Origin: Deltaproteobacteria bacterium
Lineage (GTDB): Bacteria; SAR324; NAC60-12
Direction: 5' to 3'
Assembly (NCBI GenBank): GCA_038150265.1
Contig: JAYOTF010000026.1
Span: forward strand, 1-46,207
Length of the DNA: 46,207 bases
The translations under genes and the position numbers were made by a program. The notes below the pieces were generated by a model. The model made no database searches. It was not told the origin of the DNA and saw nothing but the letters and a program-made list of their open reading frames with translations. Positions 28,016 through 38,058 of the stretch are shown piece after piece. Numbering within the stretch: position 1 is the first letter of the stretch; every line of letters starts with the position of its first letter.

Positions 28016-28270
28016 ATGACCCTGGAGGAACTCAGAACCGAAATTGATCAGATTGATGAACACCTGTTGACCCTGCTCAATGCACGGGCTCAGTGCGTGA
28101 CTCAGATTGGTGAGATCAAGCGCCGAGAGCAAACGGCGGTGCTGGTTCCAGATCGGGAGCGTCGGCTCCTGGAGAAGCTGACGGCCCTCAATGCCGGCCC
28201 GCTGCCTGATGAGATGGTGGTCCGTCTGTTTCAGCACATCATTGACACCCTCAAGGAGTTGCAGCGCTGA
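28016..28270 (+). CDS. Stand-alone chorismate mutase (AroQ type)
   Basis: LEELRTEIDQID..LL.LLNARA....IGEIK......PDRE is the AroQ catalytic pattern. Confidence 0.9.
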   Translation: MTLEELRTEIDQIDEHLLTLLNARAQCVTQIGEIKRREQTAVLVPDRERRLLEKLTALNAGPLPDEMVVRLFQHIIDTLKELQR

Positions 28271-28274
28271 GTGG

Positions 28275-29225
28275 TCAGTCCTTCAGCCGCGGGTCAAAGG
28301 CGTCCCGGAGGCCATCTCCAAGGAAGTTGAAGGCCAGCACCGTCAGCGTCATGGCCAACGAGGGGTAGAGGATGAGGTGCGGGTACGACCGCATGCCCTC
28401 AATGCCTTCCGAAATCATGGCCCCCCAGCTCGGCATGGGCGGGTTGACCCCCAAGCCGATGAAGCTCAGAAAGGCTTCATAGAGGATGTAGGTCGGAATC
28501 TCGATCGACTCTGCCACAATGCACGTTCCGATGATGTTCGGCAGCACCCGCCGGAAGACGATGGTCCCGGTCCGGAAGCCCTGAGAGAGGTCGGCCTCAA
28601 TGAACTCGCGTTGCCGGATCGAAAGCGTCTCTGCCCGGGCAATCCGGGCCATCCGGAGCCAGGACGTCAGCCCGATGCCAATGAAGATGGAAAGCATGCC
28701 TCCCATGGAGGCGTCCCACTGATAGAACCACGCCTTCACCCCCGTAAAGTCCTCGGGCTGTCCGGCCCGGAAGTACACCATGATGAGAATGACAAACAGC
28801 ACCGTCGGGACGGCATAGAGGATGTCCACCAGGCGCATCATCCACTCGTCCAGGCGCCCTCCGGCGTATCCGGCGATGAGGCCATACACCACACCGACCA
28901 CAAAGCTGGTGGTGGCGCCCACCAGCGCAACGGTGAGGGAAATGCGAGTACCGTAGAGGATCCGGCTCAGGACATCCCGGCCGAGGAAGTCGGTTCCCAG
29001 GAGGAAGCCCTCTTGCCCGGGTTTGAGGTAGGTGCTGAGGAAGTCCTCTTCGGCAAAATGCGCCGGAGCGACCCACGGGGCCAGAAAGGCAATGGCGACC
29101 AGCACCCCAATGAAGAGGGCACTGCCCATCGCCAGCTTGTTCTTCCGGAAACGACGGAAGGCCAGCAGCGTGAGGCTTTCTCCACGCTCCAGGTGGAGGG
29201 ATTCAGAAGCGGCCGAGGTAGACAT
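28275..29225 (-). CDS. Oligopeptide ABC permease (OppC-like), no partner genes adjacent
   Basis: FRRFRKNKLAM, LGTDFLGRD, GTRISL, EAFLSFIGLG, AFNFLGDGLRDAFDP. Confidence 0.93.
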   Translation of the reverse strand: MSTSAASESLHLERGESLTLLAFRRFRKNKLAMGSALFIGVLVAIAFLAPWVAPAHFAEEDFLSTYLKPGQEGFLLGTDFLGRDVLSRILYGTRISLTVALVGATTSFVVGVVYGLIAGYAGGRLDEWMMRLVDILYAVPTVLFVILIMVYFRAGQPEDFTGVKAWFYQWDASMGGMLSIFIGIGLTSWLRMARIARAETLSIRQREFIEADLSQGFRTGTIVFRRVLPNIIGTCIVAESIEIPTYILYEAFLSFIGLGVNPPMPSWGAMISEGIEGMRSYPHLILYPSLAMTLTVLAFNFLGDGLRDAFDPRLKD

Positions 29226-29239
29226 GCAGGCAGAGGAGG

Positions 29240-29878
29240 TCAGTCAAACGAGTCACGGGCCTCCAGGCGGCGGAGGTGCTCGGTGTCACACATGCGCTGC
29301 ACCATCCAGAAATCGCCCTTGCGCAGGAGCTGGTGCACGCTGGTGTTGTTGATCATGAAGCGGGTGGGGCTGTCGAGGGAGAGGCCCAGGGTGTGCTTGA
29401 GGATCGCCCGGATGGTGCCCCCATGGGTGACGCAGACCACGCGTTCGCCGGGATGCCGCTGGTGCACCTCCTCCATGAAGGCCATGGCGCGGTCCTGCAG
29501 CTGCTGGGTGCTCTCTCCGTTCGGGACCACAAACCGAGCCCCCTGGGTCTTGAAGTCAATGTAGGGGTCGAGGTGCTGTTCCTTGATCTCCACCACCGTC
29601 ATGCCTTCAAAGATGCCCAGGTGCTTCTCGCGGATCCGGGGATCCGTCTGAAAGGCACGTCCGGTGGTCCGGACAATCGCCTGCGCGGTGTCCTGCGTTC
29701 GCTTGAGGTCGCTGCAGTAGAACTGGTCAAACGCCTCGTGGCGCATGCGTTCGGCCACGGCTTCGGCCTGAAGCACTCCGGTGGGCGTGAGGGGGCTGTC
29801 GGAGTGTCCCTGAAAGCGCTGTTGGACATTCCACTCCGTTTCACCATGGCGGATGAGCCAGATTTCCGTTTCGGGCAT
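29240..29878 (-). CDS. Histidine phosphatase / phosphoglycerate mutase family protein
   Basis: LIRHGETEWN, SDLKRT, GES, VTHGG. Confidence 0.94.
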   Translation of the reverse strand: MPETEIWLIRHGETEWNVQQRFQGHSDSPLTPTGVLQAEAVAERMRHEAFDQFYCSDLKRTQDTAQAIVRTTGRAFQTDPRIREKHLGIFEGMTVVEIKEQHLDPYIDFKTQGARFVVPNGESTQQLQDRAMAFMEEVHQRHPGERVVCVTHGGTIRAILKHTLGLSLDSPTRFMINNTSVHQLLRKGDFWMVQRMCDTEHLRRLEARDSFD

Positions 29879-29994
29879 TGCGTCTCGTCAGTAGGGGAAT
29901 AAGCGCCGCCAAAACTGGTTCGGCGAACTTCTGGACTTCGTTCGGGCACCTATGTTATCACTGGAAAGTTACTCAACTCCAGTTCCAAATTCTT

Positions 29995-31137
29995 ATGCAC
30001 TTTGACACCAGCCACCTTGACGCCATCAAATCCTTCATCGCCATGGATGTCTTCACCCGGGCCCAGGAGCTGGAAGCTCAGGGCCGAGACGTCATCCACC
30101 TGGAGTTTGGGGAACCGGACTTCAATGCTCCGGACGCGGCCCTGCAGGGCCTGCAGGACAGCCTGGCCAGCCACCCGGCCCGCTACACGCACACGCAGGG
30201 CACCCTTGCGTTGCGCGAGGCGATCTGCCGCAAGTACGCTCAGGATTACCGGGTGACGATCCAGCCCGAGCAGGTGCTGGTTTCCACGGGCTCGTCGCTG
30301 CTGCTGTTTCTGGCCATCCGGACCCTTGCCCCGCCGGGAAGCGAGCTCATCGTCACCGCCCCGTGTTACGCCTGTTACGAAAACCTCATGCATGCTGCCG
30401 GGGTCACCCCCGTCCGGGTTCCGCTGCACCTCGAAAATGGCTTTCAGCTCGACCCCGCCGACCTGCGCCGAGCCATGGGTCCGAAAACCCGGGGGCTGAT
30501 TCTCAACTCGCCGATGAACCCCACCGGCGTCACCCTGCGGCCAGACGTCCTCCGCGAGGTTGCCGCGCTGGGCCTTCCGGTCATTTCCGATGAGATCTAT
30601 GCCGACCTGAGCTACTCCGGACCCGCCCAGAGCTTCCTGGAATTTGATCCGGAGGCCATTGCCCTCAACGGCTTTTCCAAGTACTACGCCATGACGGGGT
30701 GGCGCCTTGGGTACGTGATCATGCCTCCGGCGCTGATGCGCACCGCGGCTCGGGTTCACCAGAGCCTGATGATTTCAGCCACTCACTTTGTGCAAGACGC
30801 GGGGGTTCGGGTGCTGGAGGAAGCCGGAGCGCAGTGCGAGCGCATGAAGACGGAATTCAACCAGCGGCGGCAGTTTCTCCTGCAGCGGCTCCGTGAAATC
30901 GGGCGCGACCCCGGCTACGAGCCTGATGGAGCCTTCTACTTGCTCCTGAAGATTCCGGACGCCACGCAGTCCTCCTTCGACTACGCCATGGCCGCACTCG
31001 AACAAGCTGGAGTCGCCATGACACCGGGGATTGATTTTGGTCCGGGGGGAGAGGGCTTTGTGCGCTTCAGCTACGCCAACTCGCAGGAAAAGCTGGGACA
31101 GGCGATTGAGCGCCTGGTGCAGGCAGGGTTGCTGTAA
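29995..31137 (+). CDS. PLP-dependent class I/II aminotransferase (aspartate aminotransferase-like)
   Basis: GEPDF, NSPMNPTG, SDEIY, PLP-lysine motif GFSKYYAMTGWRLG, RFSYA. Start taken at MHFDTSH. Confidence 0.94.
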   Translation: MHFDTSHLDAIKSFIAMDVFTRAQELEAQGRDVIHLEFGEPDFNAPDAALQGLQDSLASHPARYTHTQGTLALREAICRKYAQDYRVTIQPEQVLVSTGSSLLLFLAIRTLAPPGSELIVTAPCYACYENLMHAAGVTPVRVPLHLENGFQLDPADLRRAMGPKTRGLILNSPMNPTGVTLRPDVLREVAALGLPVISDEIYADLSYSGPAQSFLEFDPEAIALNGFSKYYAMTGWRLGYVIMPPALMRTAARVHQSLMISATHFVQDAGVRVLEEAGAQCERMKTEFNQRRQFLLQRLREIGRDPGYEPDGAFYLLLKIPDATQSSFDYAMAALEQAGVAMTPGIDFGPGGEGFVRFSYANSQEKLGQAIERLVQAGLL

Positions 31138-31337
31138 TGCCTGGGGTCGTGGTTGCCGTCATCTGCTTCACCCTCGTCGGAGCCTCGTTTTACGCGTTCT
31201 TCCGCTACTTTCAGGTGGGCCCCAGCTACTTCCTCAACAACCTGCGCAACATCCGGAGCTCGCTTTCTGAGCCGCCCCATCCGGTCACTGGGTCGCATAC
31301 GGATGCTGAAACTCGCACGGAGTTCCATCGGGATTGA
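31137..31337 (+). CDS. Small hypothetical membrane protein
   Basis: TAATG coupling to the aminotransferase stop and an N-terminal hydrophobic helix. The 3' end overlaps the opposite-strand lipoprotein gene. Confidence 0.45.
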   Translation: MPGVVVAVICFTLVGASFYAFFRYFQVGPSYFLNNLRNIRSSLSEPPHPVTGSHTDAETRTEFHRD

Positions 31338-31617
31338 TGCGCTTCCCCGGGGAGCAGTCGGCAGACTGAGGCAGGAAGGGGCGGCAGGCGTAAACGGCAT
31401 TTTGCAGGGTCGTGGTGACTTCCGGAATCACCGGGCCACGGCGGGTGTCATAAAACGGAAACACGCGTCCCTCCACCACAAGGAAGCTGGTGGCCTCGCG
31501 CTGCAGGACGCTGGGGCAGAGGCGCCGAACTTCCCGGGCCTGAGTCCCCGGGTAGGTGTATTCCCGGGCGCTGCACCCGGCCAGCAGCAGCACGCTCAGG
31601 GCCAACCCCCACCTCAT
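31285..31617 (-). CDS. Hypothetical lipoprotein
   Basis: Lipobox LLLAGC, four further Cys in the mature part, and an ATGA overlap with the trkA stop. Confidence 0.72.
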   Translation of the reverse strand: MRWGLALSVLLLAGCSAREYTYPGTQAREVRRLCPSVLQREATSFLVVEGRVFPFYDTRRGPVIPEVTTTLQNAVYACRPFLPQSADCSPGKRINPDGTPCEFQHPYATQ

Positions 31618-33014
31618 TCGGCGCCGGCAAAGAGCTTCCGGACCGCACTCAGGTAACGAGACACACAGACCGCAATCACCCGGTCTCCTACCTGCACTTC
31701 GGTGCTGCCCACGGCCACACTCCAGATGCCCGCATGCTTGACTCCTCCAATGAGGATCTGGTGTTCCTGAAAGTAGCTGGCCAGCTTCCGGAGGGGTTTC
31801 TTGGTGATCAACGACCCCTCACGCGCCACAAGCTCCACCACTTCGGCATCGACGCCATGAAGGTGGGCGACCGCCAGCAGCTCGTTCCGGCGGATGAACT
31901 TGAGGATCTCGTTGGCCGCGGAAATCTTCACATTGAGCGCCACATCCAGCCCAATCGTTGAGGCGAGCACCAGCAGGTCTTCCTTGTTGACCAGCGCAAT
32001 GGTCTTGCCCTTCTCTCCGGAGTGGTCCCGGTTGTCCCGGTTCATCAGGTGCTTGGCCAGCAGGCAGCTGATGATGTTGGTCTCGTTGTCGCCCGTTGTG
32101 GCAATGAAGGTGGAGCTTTCGGCCACCCCGGCTCCGACGAGGGTGTTCAGGTCGGTTCCGTCTCCATGCAGCACCTGCGTGTAGGGCAACTGCACCGCCA
32201 GCTCTTCCGCCACCTTGGGGTCTCGCTCAATCAGCCGAACCTCAACAGAGCGCTGCAGCAGCTCGGCCACCCGTTGCCCGATCAGCCCGCCCCCGAGGAT
32301 CATCAGGCGGCTGATGGTTCCGCCCTTGAGGTCCATCATCTTCATCAGCTCGGGCATGTCCTCGGTTCGAGCCAGGATGAAGACCTGGTCGCCTGCAGCG
32401 ATGATTGTTTCGGCCTGCGGAATGGTGGTCGAGATGCCCCGGGCGAGGGCCACCACCCGGAAGTCGAGGGAGCCGTACTCACCCGCCAGCTCCCGTGGAG
32501 TCTTGCCTGCCAGCAGCGAGTCTTCCCGGACGCGCATGGCGAGGACCTGCATGTTGTTGTCCCCCACGTCAATGAGGTCGTGTCCGGAGGCTCGCTTGGT
32601 GAGCTGCTCAATCTCCTTGGCGACCAGCTCTTCCGGGTGGACCATGAGGTCGATCTTGAGGAGTTCCGGAGGAAGGACGCTGCCGACATCAAAGTCGAGG
32701 GACCGGACCCGCGCAATCTTGCGCTGGATGTTGAAGCGGTCGGCAATCAGGGCCGACATCATGTTGGTCGCGTCATCGTTGGTTGCGGCAATGACGTAGT
32801 CCATTTCCTCTGCCCGGACCGCCTTCCAGCTGGAAAGCCGGAGGGCATTTCCGAGTTTGACATCCGCCTCCATCTCAGTTTCAGCGCGGGCCACGAGTTC
32901 CGGATCCGACTCAATGATGCCGACATCCGCTCCTTCTGAGAGCAGGCGCTTGGCCAGGTGAGTGCCCACGCCGCCCAAGCCGATGATGAGGACGCGATCT
33001 CGTCTCTTTCCCAT
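31614..33014 (-). CDS. trkA: Trk system potassium transporter regulatory subunit
   Basis: Two RCK/NAD-binding domains (IIGLGGVG, ILGGGLIG), DATNMMSAL, VLHGDGTD, DNETNI; about 460 aa. Confidence 0.92.
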   Translation of the reverse strand: MGKRRDRVLIIGLGGVGTHLAKRLLSEGADVGIIESDPELVARAETEMEADVKLGNALRLSSWKAVRAEEMDYVIAATNDDATNMMSALIADRFNIQRKIARVRSLDFDVGSVLPPELLKIDLMVHPEELVAKEIEQLTKRASGHDLIDVGDNNMQVLAMRVREDSLLAGKTPRELAGEYGSLDFRVVALARGISTTIPQAETIIAAGDQVFILARTEDMPELMKMMDLKGGTISRLMILGGGLIGQRVAELLQRSVEVRLIERDPKVAEELAVQLPYTQVLHGDGTDLNTLVGAGVAESSTFIATTGDNETNIISCLLAKHLMNRDNRDHSGEKGKTIALVNKEDLLVLASTIGLDVALNVKISAANEILKFIRRNELLAVAHLHGVDAEVVELVAREGSLITKKPLRKLASYFQEHQILIGGVKHAGIWSVAVGSTEVQVGDRVIAVCVSRYLSAVRKLFAGAE

Positions 33015-33020
33015 AATTCC

Positions 33021-34256
33021 TCAGATGGTGAGTTCGTACTGTGTCAGACGGGAGTGCTGATGCAGCGGATTTTTCGAGGAGAGGTCGACTTCATAGAAGT
33101 TTTCCGCCTGCCCCACGGAGGTGGCATTGTAGATGTCCTCCGGACGGTGCCCGTTGAGCAGGCACTGAAGCACCGCATTTCCGATCCAGCGCTCAATCTT
33201 GAGGACCACCGTCTTCTTGCGCAGCCGCCCCTGATCGTCTCGGTTGAGCACACTGGGGATGGTGTTGGTGGTGATGAACTGGCTGAGGTAGGGCGAGTTG
33301 AGGTTTTCCCGGGCTTCCGGAGTGATGGAGGTGTGGGTGCAGTAGAAGAAGATGTTGGCAGGACGACACCGCTCGCTTTCGGCGAGTGCCAGAATGTTCG
33401 CCGCCAGGGTGCCGCCGGTCCGGACCATGTCATCCAGAATGAAGACGTCCCGGTTTTTGAGCAGCTCCACATCCTCGCTCAGGTCGAGGGTGACATCGCG
33501 CTGCCCCAGACGCGTCTTCTTGAAGGTCACCAGCACCGAGTTGTGGAGGCCGGTGAACTCGCGGACTCGGCTGACAAACTCGGCGGCGCCGTCATCCGGA
33601 GCGACAAACCCGACATTCTCGCCATAATTCCAGAGGCGCACCAGGCCGGAACGGAGGATGTAGTTGGCAATGATCGGGGAGATGTCGAGGTTGATGAAGG
33701 GGGGGAGGTTGTGGCTGTTGGTTTCGCCGAGGGTGTTTTCGTAAATGCGCTGCATCACCCCCGGTTTGTGGTTGTGCACGGTCATCACCATGTCCACCCC
33801 TGCCGTTTTGAGCATGCGGGCATAGAGCTCCGCGGAACAGGGCTGGCCCACAAACTTTTCGCGAGACTTGAAGTCCTTGGCCTGCGGGTGGTCCTTGGTC
33901 CGGGGCCCTCGGTCTTGCGCCGAATAGAACAGGTCGGGCTCCACCAGCGAAACGAAATCCGCCCCGTTTTCCTTGGCCGCGGAGGCGATCAGGCAGTTCC
34001 GCATCGCCAGCTCGTTGCGCGAGTAGTGCTGCGAGTGCGTGGAGATGATCGTCACCGACTTGCCCGCCAACCCGTACCCCAGGTTTTCTTCGGTGACGTT
34101 GTCAACGAGGAAGCGGGGGCAGAACTCGCTGTTGACAAAGCTCTTGAGGGAGATCAGGTCCGAGATGTCAATGTCCTGAGAGCGCGCATGGGCCACTCCC
34201 AGCGCAAAGGAGGCATCGCTGACGTTGGAGACGAGGATTGAATTGCTGTGCATCAC
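33021..34256 (-). CDS. Ribose-phosphate pyrophosphokinase-like protein (divergent)
   Basis: FYSAQDR, VAPDDGA, K.R loop, PRPP-binding VFILDDMVRTGGTL, CTH, TTNTIP. Confidence 0.85.
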   Translation of the reverse strand: MMHSNSILVSNVSDASFALGVAHARSQDIDISDLISLKSFVNSEFCPRFLVDNVTEENLGYGLAGKSVTIISTHSQHYSRNELAMRNCLIASAAKENGADFVSLVEPDLFYSAQDRGPRTKDHPQAKDFKSREKFVGQPCSAELYARMLKTAGVDMVMTVHNHKPGVMQRIYENTLGETNSHNLPPFINLDISPIIANYILRSGLVRLWNYGENVGFVAPDDGAAEFVSRVREFTGLHNSVLVTFKKTRLGQRDVTLDLSEDVELLKNRDVFILDDMVRTGGTLAANILALAESERCRPANIFFYCTHTSITPEARENLNSPYLSQFITTNTIPSVLNRDDQGRLRKKTVVLKIERWIGNAVLQCLLNGHRPEDIYNATSVGQAENFYEVDLSSKNPLHQHSRLTQYELTI

Positions 34257-34301
34257 AGAGCCAGAGCGGCGATCCGGACCAGGCCGGACCGGATTAGCAG
34301 A

Positions 34302-35741
34302 TCAGTAGGCGATGGCGAAGATCACCTTTTGGGACGAGGGGGCTCCTGTCACCATGCAGCGGCCGGGTTCAGGGTCTTCCTCAAATGGGATGCAACGGAT
34401 GGTCGCCTTGGTGTCTTGCTTGATCTGCTGTTCCACCTCAGCTGAGCCATTCCAGTGTGCACGGATGAAGCCGCCCTCTTGCTGGAGGACTTCTTTGAAT
34501 TCGTCGTAGCTGGACACCTCTCGGGTGTTCTCCTCCCGGAATTTCAGCGCCCGGGCCAGCAGGTCGTTCTGAATCGTCTCCAGGAGCTGCACCACGTGTT
34601 CGCGAATGCCCTCCAGTGGCACCGACTGCTTGTCCCGGATGTCGCGCCGCGCCACCATTGCGGCGCCCTTCTGAACGTCACGGGGGCCGACTTCAATGCG
34701 CACCGGCACCCCCTGCTGAATCCAGTGGAAGAACTTCTCGGCTGGACGCAGGTTGTCGCGGTCGTCCACCTTCACCTGCAGGGAGTCCAACGACTCGCAG
34801 AGGCGGGTCCGGATGGCGTCCGCAAACTCGAGGGTCTGCCGGCGCTCCTCGTCATTGGTGAAGATTGGGGCAATGACCACCTGAATCGGAGCAATTTTCG
34901 GCGGAACGACGAGGCCGTCGTCATCGCTGTGCGTCATGATGAGGCCACCGATCATCCGGGTGGACGTGCCCCAACTGGTGGTCCACACCGGAACACGCTC
35001 GTTGTTGCGGTCGAGGTAATTGATGTCAAAGGCCTTGGCAAAGTTCTGGCCGAGGTTGTGACTGGTGCCCGCCTGCAGGGCCCGGCCGTCTTGCATCATC
35101 GCCTCAATGCTGTAGGTCGCCAGCGCGCCCGGGAATTTTTCAGAGGCCGACTTCTGTCCCGGAATGACGGGCATGGCCAGGTACTCCTCCTGGAAGCTCC
35201 GGTAGACCTCCAGCATCCGCAGGGTCTCCTCCTGGGCCTCTTCATAGGTCTCGTGAGCGGTGTGCCCTTCCTGCCAGAGGAACTCGGAGGTCCGCAAGAA
35301 GAGGCGGGTCCGCATCTCCCAGCGCATCACGTTGCACCACTGGTTGATCATCACCGGCAGGTCCCGGTAGCTGTTGATCCACTTGGCATACATGTGCCCG
35401 ATCACCGTCTCGGAGGTGGGGCGGATCACCAGTGGCTCTTCCAGCTCCTTGCCCCCTCCGTGGGTCACCACCGCACACTCCGGACTGAACCCTTCAACGT
35501 GCTCCGCTTCCTTCTCCATGAAGCTCTGGGGAATCAGCAGCGGAAAGTAGGCATTGACGTGTCCGGTTTCCTTGAACATGCGGTCCATCCGCGCCTGCAT
35601 GGCCTCCCAGAGCGCAAACCCCGTTGGGCGGATCACCATGCACCCCTTGACGGGGGCGTAGTCTGCCAGCTGCCCAGCCGCAATCACATCCAGGTACCAT
35701 TGAGAGTAGTTTTCGCTACGAGGGGTGATGTTCTTTGCCAT
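34302..35741 (-). CDS. proS: Proline--tRNA ligase, archaeal/eukaryote-like type
   Basis: [52 protein letters not shown] and C-terminal ATIRCIP...FAIAY. No INS editing domain. Start taken at MAKNITPR. Confidence 0.97.
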   Translation of the reverse strand: MAKNITPRSENYSQWYLDVIAAGQLADYAPVKGCMVIRPTGFALWEAMQARMDRMFKETGHVNAYFPLLIPQSFMEKEAEHVEGFSPECAVVTHGGGKELEEPLVIRPTSETVIGHMYAKWINSYRDLPVMINQWCNVMRWEMRTRLFLRTSEFLWQEGHTAHETYEEAQEETLRMLEVYRSFQEEYLAMPVIPGQKSASEKFPGALATYSIEAMMQDGRALQAGTSHNLGQNFAKAFDINYLDRNNERVPVWTTSWGTSTRMIGGLIMTHSDDDGLVVPPKIAPIQVVIAPIFTNDEERRQTLEFADAIRTRLCESLDSLQVKVDDRDNLRPAEKFFHWIQQGVPVRIEVGPRDVQKGAAMVARRDIRDKQSVPLEGIREHVVQLLETIQNDLLARALKFREENTREVSSYDEFKEVLQQEGGFIRAHWNGSAEVEQQIKQDTKATIRCIPFEEDPEPGRCMVTGAPSSQKVIFAIAY

Positions 35742-35937
35742 ATTCCGTTTTGCGATGAGGGCGCGAAGACTGAGGTGGAAAATTTTCAAAGATACTGACT
35801 TACGCCATGAGTGACAAGCTTTTCAGGAGGATTCGGTTTGCCTCCGGTCACCGCTTTTATCTTGCTCATCCCTTCGATTGGCCTAGGCTTACTAGTTTGG
35901 TTTCCTGAGGGGGGAGCCTTATGACTGAGGAGGAAGT

Positions 35938-36387
35938 TTGTTCGGTAGAAAGAGCGAAGCAAAGACAGGCAGCGCGCCAACCTACATTGGCAGTTCCATG
36001 CGCATTGAGGGCAATGTGTGGGGAACCAAGCCCATTTGGGTAGACGGAGAAGTCCGGGGCACCATCACCTGCGACAGCGAAGTCGTTGTGGGGGCCACCG
36101 CCAAGGTTTATGCCACCATCTATGCCGCCACGGTCCGCATCAACGGGTACCTCGAGGGCGAGGTGTATGCTTCCGAGCGCATGGAAGTGATGGCGCAGGG
36201 GCACATCAACGGAGACATCACCAGCCGCCCGGGCTGCCTCATCGTTCAGGAAGGGGGCGTCATTGAAGGCCAGTGTGTGACCACCCAGGTGATTGAGATC
36301 CCCAAGCGCCTGAGCCAAACGCCCACGGCCCTTCCAGACGCTCCGGCTGAACCGGAGGCAGAAGAAGCCGTCCCCGAAAAGAGCTGA
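35938..36387 (+). CDS. Bactofilin (polymer-forming cytoskeletal protein)
   Basis: MFGRK N-terminus and beta-helix repeats TYIGSSMRIEGNV...VDGEVRGTI...INGYLEGEV...INGDI...VQEGGVIEG. GAGGAGG Shine-Dalgarno. Confidence 0.92.
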   Translation: MFGRKSEAKTGSAPTYIGSSMRIEGNVWGTKPIWVDGEVRGTITCDSEVVVGATAKVYATIYAATVRINGYLEGEVYASERMEVMAQGHINGDITSRPGCLIVQEGGVIEGQCVTTQVIEIPKRLSQTPTALPDAPAEPEAEEAVPEKS

Positions 36388-36633
36388 CTACTTCTGGTAG
36401 TTGGCCTTCCACTCCGCATACGTCATTCCATACACCCGCTCCTTGGCCTCATCCAGGCTCAGTTCCTCTCCCTGCTCCTCTGCCCCCGCCCGGTACCACT
36501 TGGCCAGGCAGTTTCGGCAGAACCCGGCCAGTTCCATCAGATCAATGTTCTGAACATCCTTTCGGGAGTCCAGGTGGGCCAACAGGGTGCGAAAGGCGGC
36601 GGCTTCGGCTTGGATTTGCTGCTCAGGGGACAT
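36388..36633 (-). CDS. DUF1244 family protein
   Basis: EAAAFR.L..HL..R.DVQNIDLM.LAGFCRNCLAKWY...VYGM.Y.EWK. Upstream TTGACA-18-TATCCT at 36737-36708. Confidence 0.88.
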   Translation of the reverse strand: MSPEQQIQAEAAAFRTLLAHLDSRKDVQNIDLMELAGFCRNCLAKWYRAGAEEQGEELSLDEAKERVYGMTYAEWKANYQK

Positions 36634-36774
36634 CGTCAACGGCTCCACAATCTCAGGTCAACAAGAAGGCCATCAGCAGATGGCAGGAATCAGTTATGTG
36701 CGTGAGTAGGATAGGCGACCGGGCCGCCACCTGTCAAAACCAATGTCCCGTTCAGCTGCTGAAAGGAGCCTCCG

Positions 36775-38058
36775 GTGCCTGAAGCGTCTCCCTCAACTCG
36801 ACCCGCGCGCCTCGCCATCTTCTCCACGGCCTGCCTCGGAGGCATCGGCGTCCTGGCCTTCAGCAACGGCCTCCTGCTGGCGTACTTTTCGCGGCTGGGC
36901 CTCTCCAGCGGAGAGGTGCTGGCCCTGCTGGCCCTTCCGGCCCTCGTCCAGTTCCTCCTCGTGGTGCCGTTCGGATTCCTCTCAGACTGGTTTGGCAAGA
37001 AACGCCTGGGCCTGGCCGGCCTGGCCTGTACGGCGCTGGGGCTGATGCTGATGACCAGCCTCGGAACACTTCCGGAACCGCACCTGATGGCCTGGCTCGC
37101 CACCGGACTCTTCAGCCTCGGCTCGGCGTTGCTCAACTCGAACTGGTTTGCCCTCGTGGATCCGCTGATTCCCAGTCAGGAGCGCGGCCGGTTTTTCGGG
37201 AACCTCCGCCTGACGTGGCAAACGGTCGGGTTCTTGTTTGCCTTTGGCGCCTCGCACTTTCTCGGTGAAGACTCCGGACTGCAGGTGTATCAGGTGCTCT
37301 TTGCCCTGATTGCGCTCTTTGGGATCGCCCGCATGGTCACCTACTGGAAGATTCCGGAGGTGGAACGCAGTCACCCGCCGAGCGCGTCGTTCCGCCAGGT
37401 CTTCACCGAAGTCCTCGCGCTTCCGGGCTACCTGCCCTTTTGTGCCTACTGCTTTTTGCTGATGCTCTTCACCGGGGCCTGCCCCCAGCTGTTTGGCCTG
37501 CTGGAGCGCAACATCCTCGGGTTCAATGACGACCAGCTGGTGTGGGTGGGCAGCCTGCTGACGGTGGGATCGCTCGCCGGCTTTGTCCTCGGAGGACGGG
37601 CGGTGGATCGCTTTGGCACCCGCTACGTGTTTCTGCTCTGCCACCTGGCCTTCGGGACCATTCTGGTGCTCTTCCTGGGACGGGGAGTGGTTCCGGGGCC
37701 TCCGATCGTTTTTGTGGGCCTCCTCACGCTGCTGTTCGGGGTGGCGCTTGCGGCTTCCGGAATCGCCATGACGTCGGAGATCCTGTCCCTGATCCCCAAG
37801 GAGAACAAGTCACTGGCCACCGGAGTCTGGCTGACGCTTCACAGCGGTGGGGCGGGGCTGTCGGGAATCCTCAGCGGACAGATGCTGGAGTTGGGGATGC
37901 TGAATCCGGAGTGGCACTGGATGGGGTTGCCGTTGAGCGCCTACGACACGCTGCTGCTGCTCTGTGGAGGAATGGTGCTGCTGCTGACGGTCACGCTGGG
38001 GCTGATCCCGTCCATGATCCGGCCCAGCCAGGCCCAGTGGATTCCGCAGGGCGCTTAA
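36775..38058 (+). CDS. MFS transporter
   Basis: About 12 hydrophobic segments; motif A GFLSDWFGKKR and its repeat GRAVDRFGTR. Confidence 0.88.
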   Translation: MPEASPSTRPARLAIFSTACLGGIGVLAFSNGLLLAYFSRLGLSSGEVLALLALPALVQFLLVVPFGFLSDWFGKKRLGLAGLACTALGLMLMTSLGTLPEPHLMAWLATGLFSLGSALLNSNWFALVDPLIPSQERGRFFGNLRLTWQTVGFLFAFGASHFLGEDSGLQVYQVLFALIALFGIARMVTYWKIPEVERSHPPSASFRQVFTEVLALPGYLPFCAYCFLLMLFTGACPQLFGLLERNILGFNDDQLVWVGSLLTVGSLAGFVLGGRAVDRFGTRYVFLLCHLAFGTILVLFLGRGVVPGPPIVFVGLLTLLFGVALAASGIAMTSEILSLIPKENKSLATGVWLTLHSGGAGLSGILSGQMLELGMLNPEWHWMGLPLSAYDTLLLLCGGMVLLLTVTLGLIPSMIRPSQAQWIPQGA

